Of a DNA stretch of 64,000 bases, positions 40,305 to 52,754 are shown in pieces; position 1 is the first letter of the stretch; each line of letters starts with the position of its first letter. This stretch comes from Camelus ferus (lineage: Eukaryota). Location: contig NC_045696.1 of NCBI RefSeq assembly GCF_009834535.1, positions 53,632,001 through 53,696,000 of the forward strand, written 5' to 3'. Position numbers and translations under genes: made by a program. The notes below the pieces were generated by a model. That model had not been told where the DNA came from. It saw only the letters and a program-made list of their open reading frames with translations, and did not search any database.

Positions 40305-40530
40305 CGATTATTAAACATTTCAGAACTGCAGATTTTTTTTTTATTAAAAAAGCTTACACAGAAATCCAAAACGTAAGACAGATGACATCTTGCTTTGTTC
40401 AAAGGGGTAGGGGTGTATGAGGGGCTTAAGGGGAGTTTGGAGTTAGAGTGAACACCCAAATCCCACTGCCCATCTCAGGGCCCCTCAGAGGGCTCCCCAA
40501 GACCCTAAGACAATACAAAAATCCCTGAAA
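40305..40530. mobile_element. Probable old hAT-Charlie MITE (MER117-like)
   Basis: cttacacagaaatccaaaacgtaagacagat...ctttgttcaaagggg resembles the recalled consensus. Confidence 0.4.
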
Positions 40531-40739
40531 TATATGCTCTTTTCTCTGTCTTCAGTTCAAATAAACAATAAGCCAGAACTCCTCAAGCAACAGCTCCAGA
40601 AAGGTATAAAGCCTCTGAAAACAAATACAATTGTGTTAACAATTAAGTAGTACTGCCTCATCTGGAGGAAAAAAAAGTAGTGTGCAAAATGTACCTTTAC
40701 TTTTCATTATTTGAATTTTCAACTAGGTTTTTGTATTCA

Positions 40740-41090
40740 AGCATTAATTCTTTAGCTGATTTAACAAACATACATTGAGCACTTACTACGAGCCAAAGGT
40801 TGGACTAAGTAATTGGGAAACAAAGCCAAATGAGATGTAGTCTGGCCACCAAGAATGTCACAGTGAAACAAAACTAGAAATGCAGGGTGTTAAGGACTGG
40901 GCTCCAGGTCAGAAGAAGGTGCTCTGGGAGCATGGAAGAGAAGAATGCAAGTCAGGGGAGGCTTCCTGGAGGTGATGCTTGGACAAGGATTTGAAGGATA
41001 AGGAGGAATTAGCTGACTGGGGAAGGAGTGACCAAGACGGGGAGGAGGAGAAGGAAGTACATCTGGGGAGCCTGTGAACGGTGGGGAACA
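40740..41090 (-). mobile_element. LINE-2 3' end
   Basis: caaacatacattgagcacttactac...gtcaggggaggcttcctggaggtgatg. Confidence 0.75.
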
Positions 41091-41289
41091 CTGAGGCCCA
41101 CACGGCTCAGCATTGACTGCAATACCGAATACAGTGGGCAAGCACTGACGCGTCACTGACCGACTAATGAGAAGAAGGTAAAGAACTAAGCTAGATAGTG
41201 TCTTGATCAGCTTCCTCCTTACAAGGGTGAATAATTAAAGCACCTATCTCCCAAGTATTCTGGGAGACCAGTGTGCATGTTCCCTTAGG

Positions 41290-41610
41290 TACTGAGAAAT
41301 GCAAAATTAAAACTACAAGGTGATGCTATCTTTCATTTACCAGAGCAGCAAGATTCAAGAAGTTTATGTCGACAAGGAGATGAGTAAAAAGTGACTTACG
41401 TGTTGCTGGTGTGAATGTAAACTGGACAACCTTTAAGGAAGGTAATCTGGCAATATATTTCTGATTTGCAAAACCATGCAGACGCTTTGCCTGAACAATT
41501 CCTTCTAGGAACTTGTCGCATAGATAGGCTCAGACATGTAATAAATGACATAGGTTCCAGCATGTTAGATGGTAAATCTTGATATTGCTGAATATTGTTC
41601 CAGATGAAAA
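41290..41610 (+). mobile_element. Old L1 ORF2 C-terminal fragment
   Basis: gaaatgcaaaattaaaactaca...tgttgctggtgtgaatgtaaactggacaacc...caattccttctagga. Confidence 0.75.
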
Positions 41611-44229
41611 CCAACCAACAAACAAACAAGAACACCCTTTGACTGATGTTTGTCTCTTGGTGTTCCGGATCCTACAACTCACTCCTTATGGTAAAGGATG
41701 CAAATGAGATCTAGAACATAAAGCAAGGAAATGTTGAGAGTTCAGTGAGTGAATCCATGTGGAAATGTCCAGCATGGTGTCTATCACATAGGTTGAGCTC
41801 AGTACAGAATATTATTGTTAGCTATTAGGTACCAGCTAAAGCTATTAGGAGCCACTTAGTGCTTTTAAGCAGAAAATGATTCAACAATATCTGGGCTTTA
41901 GAATCATCATTGGGGCAGTAGTAGAAAGATAAGGTGCAAAGAGGTGACACAGGCGGTCGGGAAATTAGCTGGAAGGCTATTAAAGTCGTCTAGGTAGGAA
42001 ACTCCAAGGCCTGAGCTACAGCATCAGGGACCAAGAGAAGGTGACACATTAGACAACGGTGAGCTTTCAGAGTCTTCAGCATGTGAATCTGCCTGAATTA
42101 AACATGGAAGTAAATATGAGACATTTATATATCCTATAAATATTTTGTAGACAACTTTAACATTAAGGAAAAACATGGGTAATAAAATTGTACCAAGTCA
42201 AGGGAGGGACAGCCTTGCCAGCACTTTTTTTTGCCTGGGTGGGAATCTGAGCTAGACCTCTTCAGACTCTTTCCACCTACCATGAAACACACACCCAGAT
42301 GTGCACGCTCACTCACTCACAGAATGTATTCACTCCTGAGCTAGGGAGCCCGTAGTGTCATAGCACCTGAGGGTCAGTCTCCTTGCCAAGAAACATCATC
42401 TCCTCTCCACTCCTAACAGCAGTGGCAGGGAGCTCTCTGCCTCCCAGGGGCAACACACTTGTGACATTCAGCCATCACTCCTAAATCCACAAGCCCAGAA
42501 TTTGGGAAGGCTGTGTTCTGCCAACATCACCATGGGCTCTTAAACAATACTCTTCTATTTTGAGTCTTCTCTATTCCTGGTGTACTTCTTATGACAGGCA
42601 TCAGCTGTATCTTCTCAGTGTGAGAAGACCGATTTTTTCCAGAACATTTGAAAGTTCAAAAAAAAAAAAAAATGTGACAACGTGGGAATCTAACCCACTC
42701 ACCCTTAAAACCATCCCAGAGAGTTAGGAAATTGTATTGATGATTTTATGAGGGGAAAAAGAACCTGATTCATATTTATTTTTCTTTCCAATTGTGATTT
42801 TAACATTCTTCTTAGAAAACGTTGCCTTGATTGCTTTCTACCTCTTCCATATGCCTCCTCAAGCAATTTTTCTGGCTTTTAACTGGCTCCAGATAAAGAA
42901 TGTGTGACAAGAAGGCAATGCTGGTTCTCCCAACCAACCTACCCTGGGGATACTTCAATAAGCTTTTAACCCATAAACATTTGCATCCCAAATGAGAAAC
43001 CTCCCTGAGCTAAGTCACGTCAGGAAAAGTACGGCTCAAAGAAAAGTGCAGAAGCTGCAACCCAACTGGGCCTCAAGAGAGCAATGGACTCTGGGGGGGT
43101 TTGAGGAATACTTGCTGGTTGCCTGCCTGTCGGCCAGTTTCCAGTGCTGAGAGGCTGCTGTCATCTCTGAGCACATAAATAAGAGGAGAAAACAAGCCAT
43201 CTAGAACCCTGAGCAGCACGCGGGCCAGCCAGGTGGCTCTGCGCTTGCATTAGAGGAGGGCTGATGAAAAGACGACTGCCCCCAAATAACATTCCCGTCA
43301 GCCTGTCCCCGAGACGCTTCTCCACTGGCAACGTCTGCTTGTAGGTTAAGGATCTGGTGTCTAGAGGCTTCTGTCAGAATGCAAGATCCCCGCAGGAGGC
43401 ACCCTTTAAGCTACAAATACTCCCGAGTACTTTGAAATGGGGGCTTATCAGGGTGCTTTCTAATAGGACTACTGCTCAGCCAGAGTCAGACCCTGGAGAA
43501 GCTGTCGTGCTGGAGGTGGGGAATGGACAGCACCTGTCACTCAGAAAGTGTAAACCAGGCGGAGACCCCAGAAGAAACAGGGACTGTACTGTTCCCAGAG
43601 TTGTCACTGGCTTCATCATTTTGCCTTTGACAGTACAGTTCTGCAAAAGGTACCTATTAGCAAATGCACCTAGCATACCAATTGATACTTAAGGAGAAGC
43701 TGTTACATCCATCTCTCCCATCACTTTTCCTAGTATAGTAGTATAGTAGCATGGTTATTTCCTAGACTTAGATGTTATGGTGGGAGAAATTAAGTACTTA
43801 AAAAATCCATCTCATGTCATGTCATTGAGGAATGGCATTTACAAAGAAATACCACAGGGCAAATCAACACCTATACTCTTCTTCTTCAACCTTATCCCTG
43901 ATACTAACATACAAGTGTTTTTCCTTGGTGCACAAGGGTGGGGGGGGGCACTCAAGGCTGCCACTAGAGGAAAAAAAGGTCACAAAGAATACGTGCAGCC
44001 AGAGAGAACTTGGCAATGGGCAGCCACATACTAATTCTGTCCCGGTAAATGCTGGGTCTACTCAATTACAGGCTGGCCTTGGAGTGATTATGGTGTGCTC
44101 ATCACTGAGATCTCTTCCCCCTCACCAGGTGGAGCTGCAGGGAACTGCCTCCTAATACATTAAGCAAAGATTAGGTCTCAACGCATTTCCATTTCCCTCG
44201 GCTGCCACACTAGTCTAGCCAAACAACAC

Positions 44230-44842
44230 ACAGTCTGGACACTGCAATACAGACAACTGTTTACTGATGACTGTGTTGCCTCCTTCTCCCCTTCCCATCA
44301 GCCAAAGTGACCTTCTAAACATACAAAGCAGACCCTGCTGTTCTCTGGTTTGAACCCCTTTAAAGGGTCCCCATAGCTCTTGGAATAAGATTCTACTCTT
44401 TGGTGGCAGTGGCCTTCCTGGAATCTCCAGTGTCTCCCTGGCTACTCCCCGCCTTTTCCCACAGCACCCCAGACACTTTGGCCTCCTTTCTTTCCTCCAA
44501 TATCCCAGGCCCATTTCCTCCTCAGAGCCTTCTTACTCTTGCAGGCTGCAAGCCCATCTTCCTTCCTTTCTCATGGCCAAGTACTCATCCACAATTAAAT
44601 CTTATCTCCTCAGAACTAACCTCCTCTTCTGAAGTGGCCTGTACCATCCCCACTCTTATTCTCCGTCAAGGCACCCTGGTCTTTTCATTCAAATACTTAT
44701 CAAAACTGTAAGTAGATATGCATCTACTTGTTTCTTGTTTCATTTGACCTAGACCGTAGCTCCTGGAGGACAGGGAGTCCTGCCTGATTAACATACTCCT
44801 GCTTAGCTGGTGTCCAGCACAAGCCCGGCACAAATGAATGAG
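44230..44842 (+). mobile_element. LINE-2 3' fragment
   Basis: cacagcaccccagacactttggcctcc...gtagctcctggaggacaggga...cccggcacaaatgaatga tail. Confidence 0.75.
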
Positions 44843-45439
44843 TCAGCACGGACTCACTAAACAGCTCTTCGTCATGATGCTTGGTCAGGATACCAAGGGT
44901 TAAGAAAAACCAAGAGGAGTGACTGCTCTCCACAGGCTGAGCCAGGAATGAGATGCTTAGGGTTATTTTCCCCCAATTTTGCATGTTACAGTCAATTTCA
45001 GACAGAATCTTATTAGCTCAGATCCCACACCCAAGCACAGTAATTTATATTCTGCTCCTTTGTTCTGAGTTTTGATCTGTGACAGTTTCAGATAAAGGAA
45101 AAAGAAATTAAGAAACTAGAAGAGGCTTGGGGAGAGAATAAAAACCATCTTTCCTTGCCAGTCAGCATGTTCATAGATACCTTTCAAAATGTATGGTTTT
45201 TGAAAGCTCTTCCTTTAAAAAAGACAAACAATAGAAGTTGATGTCAAATTTTCTAAATAACTTTGATGTAATTCTTACATATGTGTGTGTGTACATATAT
45301 ATATGCCAATATTTGGTGATTTGAAGTTTATATGATGTTTCTTGTAAAAATGCATTTTCATGCATTGGATTCGTGTGAAGTGGAGAATAACAGCAATCAG
45401 AAAAAAAGGAAGACTTCGGATTTTATTGAAGCATGTCTG

Positions 45440-45645
45440 GCCTTGGCCCTTAACCCTGCTGCTCCACAGTTACGTGATCTTGAGCAAGTAGGTTGTGGAT
45501 ATCTGTGTAGATTTTCAGGTTCCTGGGCTGTAAAAGGTGAGACTTTCCAACCGCCTCACAGGGTTATTATGGAGTTTAGACATATAACGTTAAAAACATT
45601 GAGACCAAGATCTGGTGTATTGTGAGTGCTTAGTAACGGCTAATT
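45440..45645 (+). mobile_element. MIR SINE
   Basis: gtgatcttgagcaagt...ctgtaaaa...cctcacagggttattatggagttta...gtgagtgcttagtaa. Confidence 0.75.
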
Positions 45646-47822
45646 CAATTTAAATCTAAATCTCTTCCCACTTTCCTGGAGATTTTAATTGGTCCCTCTG
45701 CTAAAAATCACCTCGGTCTCTCAGTAAATCCGGTCATGTGTTTGGATTCCTTTGAGCTGCTATATTCTTAATTGGATAGTCCAGCCCAAGGTTTATTATA
45801 AAAGCCTGGATTCTACAATCAAATTACAGATAAATCAACAATTACAAGAAAAACAATTAATGGTCGGTGACTGGTTCTGATTCTACAACTGCAGCCTTGT
45901 TTGCTTTGCTTTCCTTGGAGTCGACTCTCCCCCCTTGAGAGGCTGCAGGTGCTCAGAACGCTCTGAATAGCTCCCCCCACCCATTTTTTTCCTAAATTGA
46001 TCAACTGTGGATGTTCATCAATGAGATTCTTCCATAATCCATTTCTTCTACCAGACTGGTTGGAGGATGAAAAAGACCTCTGTCTTCATTGTTGGGTATT
46101 TTGAAGAAAAGAGGAGCTTCAGGGATGGGCGGTGTCACTTGAGAATGTACATTCTCAACAGGGGCAGTATCAGCCCTGAGGGGGTGGGAAAAAACTGAGC
46201 TATTACAGAGATTTGCACTCTCCCAAAGGGTCACCATATCTAAAAAAGATATCCAGTGTATTATAGTATTAACATTTGATGGGAGGGTGGCAATTAGGGA
46301 AAAAATGGATTAAAAAGGCTCATGAGGTATGATAATATTGAAAAACGTTGGAAACTTTGCCTTAGGGGAAGAAAAATCCTCTTCTCTTAGAATTCTTTCT
46401 TTTTTCCTTAAAGCCTGTGCATTTAGAGCACAGCTACTTATAGAGAGTGGACAGATATCAAAGACCTCTGGATTGGCTCCACTCCCCTTTTGAGTCATGG
46501 CAAGAGCAGAGTTTGAGTTAGGTTCAGCTATGTTTGAATCACAGGCCAGGACAAACTCCTGCCTCTGTGACCTTGGACAAGCTATTTAATGTCTCTGTTC
46601 AATGATACCAAATATCACTTGTACCAACTTTGCAGGGCGAAGGGAGGGAGTCAAGGGAGCAGTGTACCGTGCTGGCCTAAATGAGGCACCAGTAAATGGT
46701 TACCATTGCTATCTTCATGTGTGTTACGGCCAGGGGCACTGAGCTGGCTAGGAATAGCTGCTCAGAGTCCTGTAGGGGAGCAGCCTCGGGCAACACAACA
46801 TGGGAAAAGAGGCTAAGATGTGGGATTTTAATCTTTTCAGGAATCTCCGCACTGTTTTCCATAACAGCTGCACCAAACTTCATTCCCACCAACAGTGTAG
46901 GAGGGTTGCTGTACACAAGAAACTGACACAAGACTGTAAACTAACTATACACATTTATATATATATATATCTCTCCAAAAAAACAAGAATTGGAATTGCC
47001 TTGCCTTCTTGATATTTTCCCTTGTGATTTGGTCTTAGCATCATTTGACATCTTGAGGCCACAGAATTACTTTGTTACTCACACACAATTATATTTTACC
47101 ATTCTTTCCTCTGGGCCCATAATCTTGCCACCGTGCTAGTTTGCTAATTGTGGTGTTGCTGTATATTGCATGAGGAAATTATCTGAAACGTCTGTTCCTA
47201 CCCCAGGCTGGAGCAAAACAGCATTTCAGCCAGGGAAAAGCTCTCATCGTAAATGAGGGGGAGGCTGCGAGCACTTTCCGAATAGTCACCTGAGGATGGG
47301 GGCAGCGCCGATCTCCCAGACTCCTTCCACAGAATGACTTATAGGGGACACGCATAGCATAGCAAAGAGATATATTTCATGCTTAAAAGGTTAATTCTTG
47401 ATTTGATTTGTTTTAGGAGTCCTGGAGATTCAGTGGAGGACAAGAAAGACAAAGAGAGAAATTACAGGGCTCGTGCTCTTCAAAGAGAATAATGGGAAGA
47501 GATAAAGACATGCACGGAAAGAATTATTTGGTGTTTCTGTAAATCTATCTGTTTAATTTCTCATAGTCCTCCTTTAATACTGTTTCCCTTCTGCACATCT
47601 TTCCTGCTCAGGTACCGGCTCTCCTTTCCTTCCATTGCCATTTCTCTCAAAATACATCCATCTTCACAAATATATCTTGTTGAAGGGTGAAAGAAGAGAA
47701 GAAAGGAAAAGCAAAGTCAGAAAAAGTGAAATTTTTTTTATATGTAACATAAGGAAGATATCCCACAATGACAGCCAAACACAATTCAATGCTTTAAGTC
47801 TCAATTAAGGTGGATGAGTACA

Positions 47823-50252
47823 ATTAAAAACCTCCCTACAAATAAAAGTCCAGGACCGGACGGCTTCACCGGGGAATTCTACCAAACATACAAAGAAGAA
47901 CTCACACCAGTCCTTCTCAAACTCTTCCAGATGATTGAAAAGGAGGGAATACTCCCAAACTCATTCTATGAAGCCACCATCACCCTGATACCAAAACCAG
48001 GCAAAGACACTACAAAAAAAGAGAATTATAGGCCAATATCACTGACGAACATAGACGCCAAAATTTTAGCAAATAGAATCCAACAACACATAAAAAAGAT
48101 TATACATCATGACCAAGTGGGGTTCATCCCAGGGACACAAGGCTGGTTCAACATACGCAAATCAATCAATGTAATACATCACATCAACAAGAGAAAGGAC
48201 AAAAACCACATGATCATCTCCATCGATGCAGAAAAAGCATTTGATAAAATTCAACACCCATTTATGATAAAAACTCTCGCCAAAGTGGGTATGGAGGGAA
48301 CATATCTCAACATCATAAAAGCTATATATGACAAACCTACAGCCAGCATAGTACTCAACGGTGAAAAACTCAAAAGCTTCCCACTAAAATCTGGGACAAG
48401 ACAAGGATGCCCACTATCACCACTCCTATTCAACATAGTCCTGGAAGTCCTAGCCACAGCAGTTAGGCAAGAGAAAGAAATAAAAGGGATCCAAATTGGA
48501 AAAGAAGAGGTAAAAGTGTCATTATATGCTGATGACATGTTACTATATATAGAAAACCTAAAAGGTCCACACAAAAGCTACTAGAGCTGATTGAAGAATT
48601 CAGCAAGGTAGCAGGTTACAAAATTAACGTTCAAAAATCAGTTGCATTTCTTTACACTAACAATAAATCAACAGAAGAAGAAAGTAAAGAAACAATCCCC
48701 TTTAAAATAGCACCCAAAGTAATAAAATATCTATTTATCAAAATAAAATACCCAAAGGAATAAATCTAACCAAGGAGGTGAAAGAATTATACACAGAAAA
48801 CTATAAACCATTGATGAAGGAAATTAAAGAAGACTTTAAAAAATGGAAAGATATTCCATGCTCTTGGATTGGAAGAATCAATATTGTTAAAATGGTCACA
48901 CTGCCCAAGGCAATCTACAGGTTTAATGCAATCCCTATCCAATTACCCAGGACATATTTCACAGAACTAGAAAAAATCATAATAAAATTCATATGGAACC
49001 ATCAAAGACCTAGAATTGCCAAAGCATTACTGAAGAGAAAGAAAGAGGCTGCAGGAATAACTCTCCCAGACTTCAGACAATACTATAGAGCTACAGTCAT
49101 CAAGACAGCATGGTATTGGTACCAAAACAGACATATAGACCAATGGAACAGAATAGACAGCCCAGAAATGAACCCACAAACTTTTGGTCAACTCATCTTC
49201 GACAAAGGAGGCAAGAATATACATTGGAATAAAGACAGTCTCTTCAGCAAATGGTGTTGGGAAAACCGGACAGCGGCATGTAAAACAATGAAGCTAGAAC
49301 ACTCCCTTACACCATATACAAAAATCAACTCAAAATGGATTAAAGACTTAAACATAAGATACAATAAACCTCCTAGAGGAAAACATAGGCAAAACATTAT
49401 CTGACTTACATTTCAAAAATTTTCTCCTAGAAGAAATAAAAGCAAGAATAAACAAATGGGACCTAATGAAACTTATAAGCTTCTGCACAGCAAAGGAAAC
49501 CAGAAATAAAACAAGAAGAAAACCTACAGAATGGGAGAAAATTTTTGCAAGTGAAACCGACAAAGGCTTGATCTCCAGAATATATAAGCAGCTCATACGA
49601 CTCAATAAGAAAAAAATAAACAACCCAGAAGACCTAAACAAAAATGGGCAGAAGACCTAAACAAGCAATTCTCCAAGGAAGACATACAAATGATCAAAAA
49701 GCACATGAAAAAATGATCAATATCACTAATTATCAGAGAAATGCAAATCAAAACTACAATGAGGTATCACCTCACACCAGTCAGAATGGCCGTCATTCAA
49801 AAATCCACAAATGACAAATGCTGGAGAGGCTGTGGAGAAAGGGGAACCCTCCTACACTGCTGGTGGGAATGCAGTTTGGTGCAGCCACTATGGAAAACAG
49901 TGTGGAGATTCCTCAAAAGACTAGGAATAGACTTACCATATGACCCAGGAATCCCACTCCTCGGCTTGTATCCAGAAGGAACCCTACTTCAGGATGACAC
50001 CTGCACCCCAATGTTCATAGCAGCACTATTTACAATAGCCAAAACATGGAAACAGCCTAAATGTCCATCAACAGGTGACTGGATGAAGAAGATGTGGTAT
50101 ATTTATACAATGGAATACTACTCAGCCATAAAACCAACAACATAATGCCATTTGCAGCAACATGGATGCTCCTGGAGAATGTCATTCTAAGTGAAGTAAG
50201 CCAGAAAGAGAAAGAAAAATACCATATGAGATCACTCATATGTGGAATCTAA
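47823..50252 (+). pseudogene. Disabled L1 ORF2 fragment (reverse transcriptase + C-terminal cysteine-rich domain)
   Basis: [37 protein letters not shown] (48525-48536), [18 protein letters not shown]; split across several ORFs by frameshifts, with an in-frame TGA at 49714-49716; no endonuclease domain. Confidence 0.97.
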
Positions 50253-50574
50253 ACAAAAACAAAAACAAACAAACAAACAAAAACAAAGCATAAATAAAGG
50301 ACAGAAATAGACTCACAGACAGAGAATACAGACTTGTGGTTACCAGGGGGGTGGAGGGTGGGAAGGGATAGACTGGGATTTCAAAATTGTAGAATAGACT
50401 ACACTGTACAGCACAGGGAAATATACACAAAATGTTATGATAACTCACAGAGAAAAAAATGTGACAATGAGTGTGTATATGTCCATGAATAACTGAAAAA
50501 TTGTGCTGAACACTGGAATTTGACACAACATTGTAAAATGATTATAAATCAATAAAAAATGTTAAAAAAAAAAA
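47823..50574 (+). mobile_element. Young 5'-truncated LINE-1 (about 2.75 kb)
   Basis: Starts inside ORF2 and runs through RT and CCHC to the 3' UTR, AATAAA (50551-50556) and poly(A); perfect 16-bp TSD AAGGTGGATGAGTACA at 47807-47822 and 50575-50590; TT|AAGG endonuclease-type site. Confidence 0.98.
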
Positions 50575-51150
50575 AAGGTGGATGAGTACAGATTTCCTGT
50601 AGGAAGACGTGCACACAATACTTTAGGTGAATTTCAAAATGCATTGTTCCAGCTACCTAAAGTGATAACAGATTAAAATAATAAAAAAGCATGCTGCTAC
50701 AATCACCACTAATATTTTGTTTCTGTTGTTCACTTCCCTGTGTTAGGAGTAACGGCACCCCTGGTGTTTTGATTATTGAAAGAGCACCTTTCCTCTGCTA
50801 AAAGGCCAGAGGTTGGGTTATAGATTTTCACAGAAATACAGCAATAACCTCACATCTCTACAGACTCTTCAGCCTCCTGGCTGTCAAATGTATTTCTCAA
50901 CAAGTGTATTTTTGCCTCCAGGAATCCAGATGAAGACAGTGGGACGGGCATTCACGCTTTCCTAAACTAGGGATGAAGAAGACTTCCTGACCTAATTGAA
51001 GCTGAAGAAAAATTAATTTTGAAAGCTGGATAGAATGCCCTGGCTTAGATTTCAGCCTAGATATTGGAGCACATTTCTTCCATGACTGTAAGTTTTACAA
51101 AAAGGATGATTGGGAGGAAGAAGACAGAGTGGAGTCTGACATCATACTTT

Positions 51151-51429
51151 CTTTTTTTAACTGAAGTATAGTTGATTCACAGTGTTGTGTTAGTTTCTAG
51201 CATATAGCATAGTGATTCAGTTATACATAAATATATATATACACATATTCTTTTTCATTGTAGGTTATTAAAAGCTATTGAATATAGTTCTCTGTGCTGT
51301 ACAGTAGGACCTGGTCGTTCATCTCTTCTGTTATCTCTAGAGTAGTTTGTATCTGCTAACCCCAAACTTTCAGTTTATCCCTCCCCTGCCCCTAACCCCA
51401 GTGCTAACCATAAGTTTGTTGTCTGTAAT
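51151..51429 (-). mobile_element. Short L1 3' UTR insertion
   Basis: ttttttaactgaagtatagttgattcacagtgttgtgttagtttc... reverse L1 3' end; TSD ATCATACTTT at 51141-51150 and 51430-51439. Confidence 0.9.
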
Positions 51430-52039
51430 ATCATACTTTAAAGTTCACTATCAAGAATACTTTAAAAAAAAAAGGTTCCTATAAAAATTTACTTTCTCGT
51501 CCCAGAGTTCTCCTTAGTGAGCAAAGCTCACACAGCTGTCTAGAGCCAGTTATTCTGTCTGGGCACCTGGATGTCAGCGGCAGGGCCTGAGGGAACAGCC
51601 TGGAGGCTCCTCTCCAGTAAGTAAAGACAGTTCATTAGTAGAAGCCCCTGCAAAAATCATCTAAGCTGTTTTCTCCAGGATTGCTGCAAGGGTAGCTCTA
51701 TCCTTCAAACTCTGAATGCATGCTCCCCTCTAACCTGCCACAAAAGACACCCTCATCGGATGGTAGCTTCTGAAGTCTTTACAGACTTTAGACTTTACAG
51801 ACTTTTTAAAAAGCTTCTTGTTCCCTCTCTCTCCCCACTCTCCTCCTCTCCCATCTATTAAATTATCATTGCAATTACTCTCACTGGCCTAATAATAAAA
51901 GACTTCTTAAAGAAACAATTTAGGAGGAAAAAAAGCCTTTTTGTTTGGGAGCTTCATGGAGACAGGCTGATGGATGCTCTGTGAACTGTTACTGATATAC
52001 AAGTCAGTCTCACACACTCCACGCCACCTTTTTTTTACC

Positions 52040-52265
52040 AAGCCTGGGTCTAATTCCTACTTATGTCATTTGCTAGCCTGAGGCCTTGGGCAATCATTTC
52101 ACTTTACTGGCTCTTAGATTTTTCTTCTGTATTATGCTAATCATGAAACTATCTCCCTCCTATGACTGTGAGGATTAAATACGTATTAATGCATAAATAT
52201 ATATAATATGTATTAAATATATAATATATGTAATATGCTTAACATAGTCCTGGTGCATAGTATGT
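52040..52265 (+). mobile_element. MIR SINE
   Basis: ccttgggcaatcatttcac...gtgaggattaaat...atgcttaacatagtcctggtgcatagta. Confidence 0.8.
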
Positions 52266-52450
52266 TTTATTATTATTTATTTTATTATTATTATTTATTT
52301 ATATTTTTATTATTATTAGCATAAACTTATAGGCCCCCTTGCTCTTGTTCCCACAGTGGTGTCTTGCATGTAATTCTAAGGAATTTTAGGAATGACTTAG
52401 GACCCCTTTGACAATGTTACTGAAGTAACAGTCATTTAAAACCTACCATG

Positions 52451-52710
52451 TAAATACACAGAGACGGACAGAACACAGGTTGGTGGTTACCAGGTGCTGG
52501 GGCCAGGGTAATAGGGAGAAACTGCTTAACATGTAGGGGGTTTCATCATTTTTGGGATGATGAAAATGTTTTAGAAATAGATAGAGGTGGTGGTTGCAAA
52601 ACATTATGAATATACTAAATGCTACTAAAGTGTTAATTTTAAAGTGAATTTTATGTTATGTGAATTTCATCTCAATAAACTGTTAAAATTATTACTAAAA
52701 AATTTAAAAA
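52451..52710 (+). mobile_element. Short L1 (L1MB-like) 3' UTR insertion
   Basis: gatgaaaatgttttagaaatagatagaggtggtggttgc...catctcaataaa; TSD AAAACCTACCATG at 52438-52450 and 52711-52723 at a TT|AAAA site. Confidence 0.9.
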
Positions 52711-52754
52711 AAAACCTACCATGCATACTGCTATAGAAATGTCAAGGACAATTA

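Noticed and set aside
47814..50145. RT ORFs as a retron, DGR, group II intron or novel RT system
   Set aside because: Motifs, 3' UTR, poly(A) and TSD identify an ordinary disabled mammalian LINE-1
48251..50526. Antisense ORFs over the L1
   Set aside because: Open frames on the reverse strand of A-rich L1 ORF2 are common by-products
51777..51806. Short direct repeats (CTTTACAGACTTT x2; also AATGCAGTGA x2 at about 63700)
   Set aside because: Simple slippage duplications; no spacer structure, not CRISPR-like
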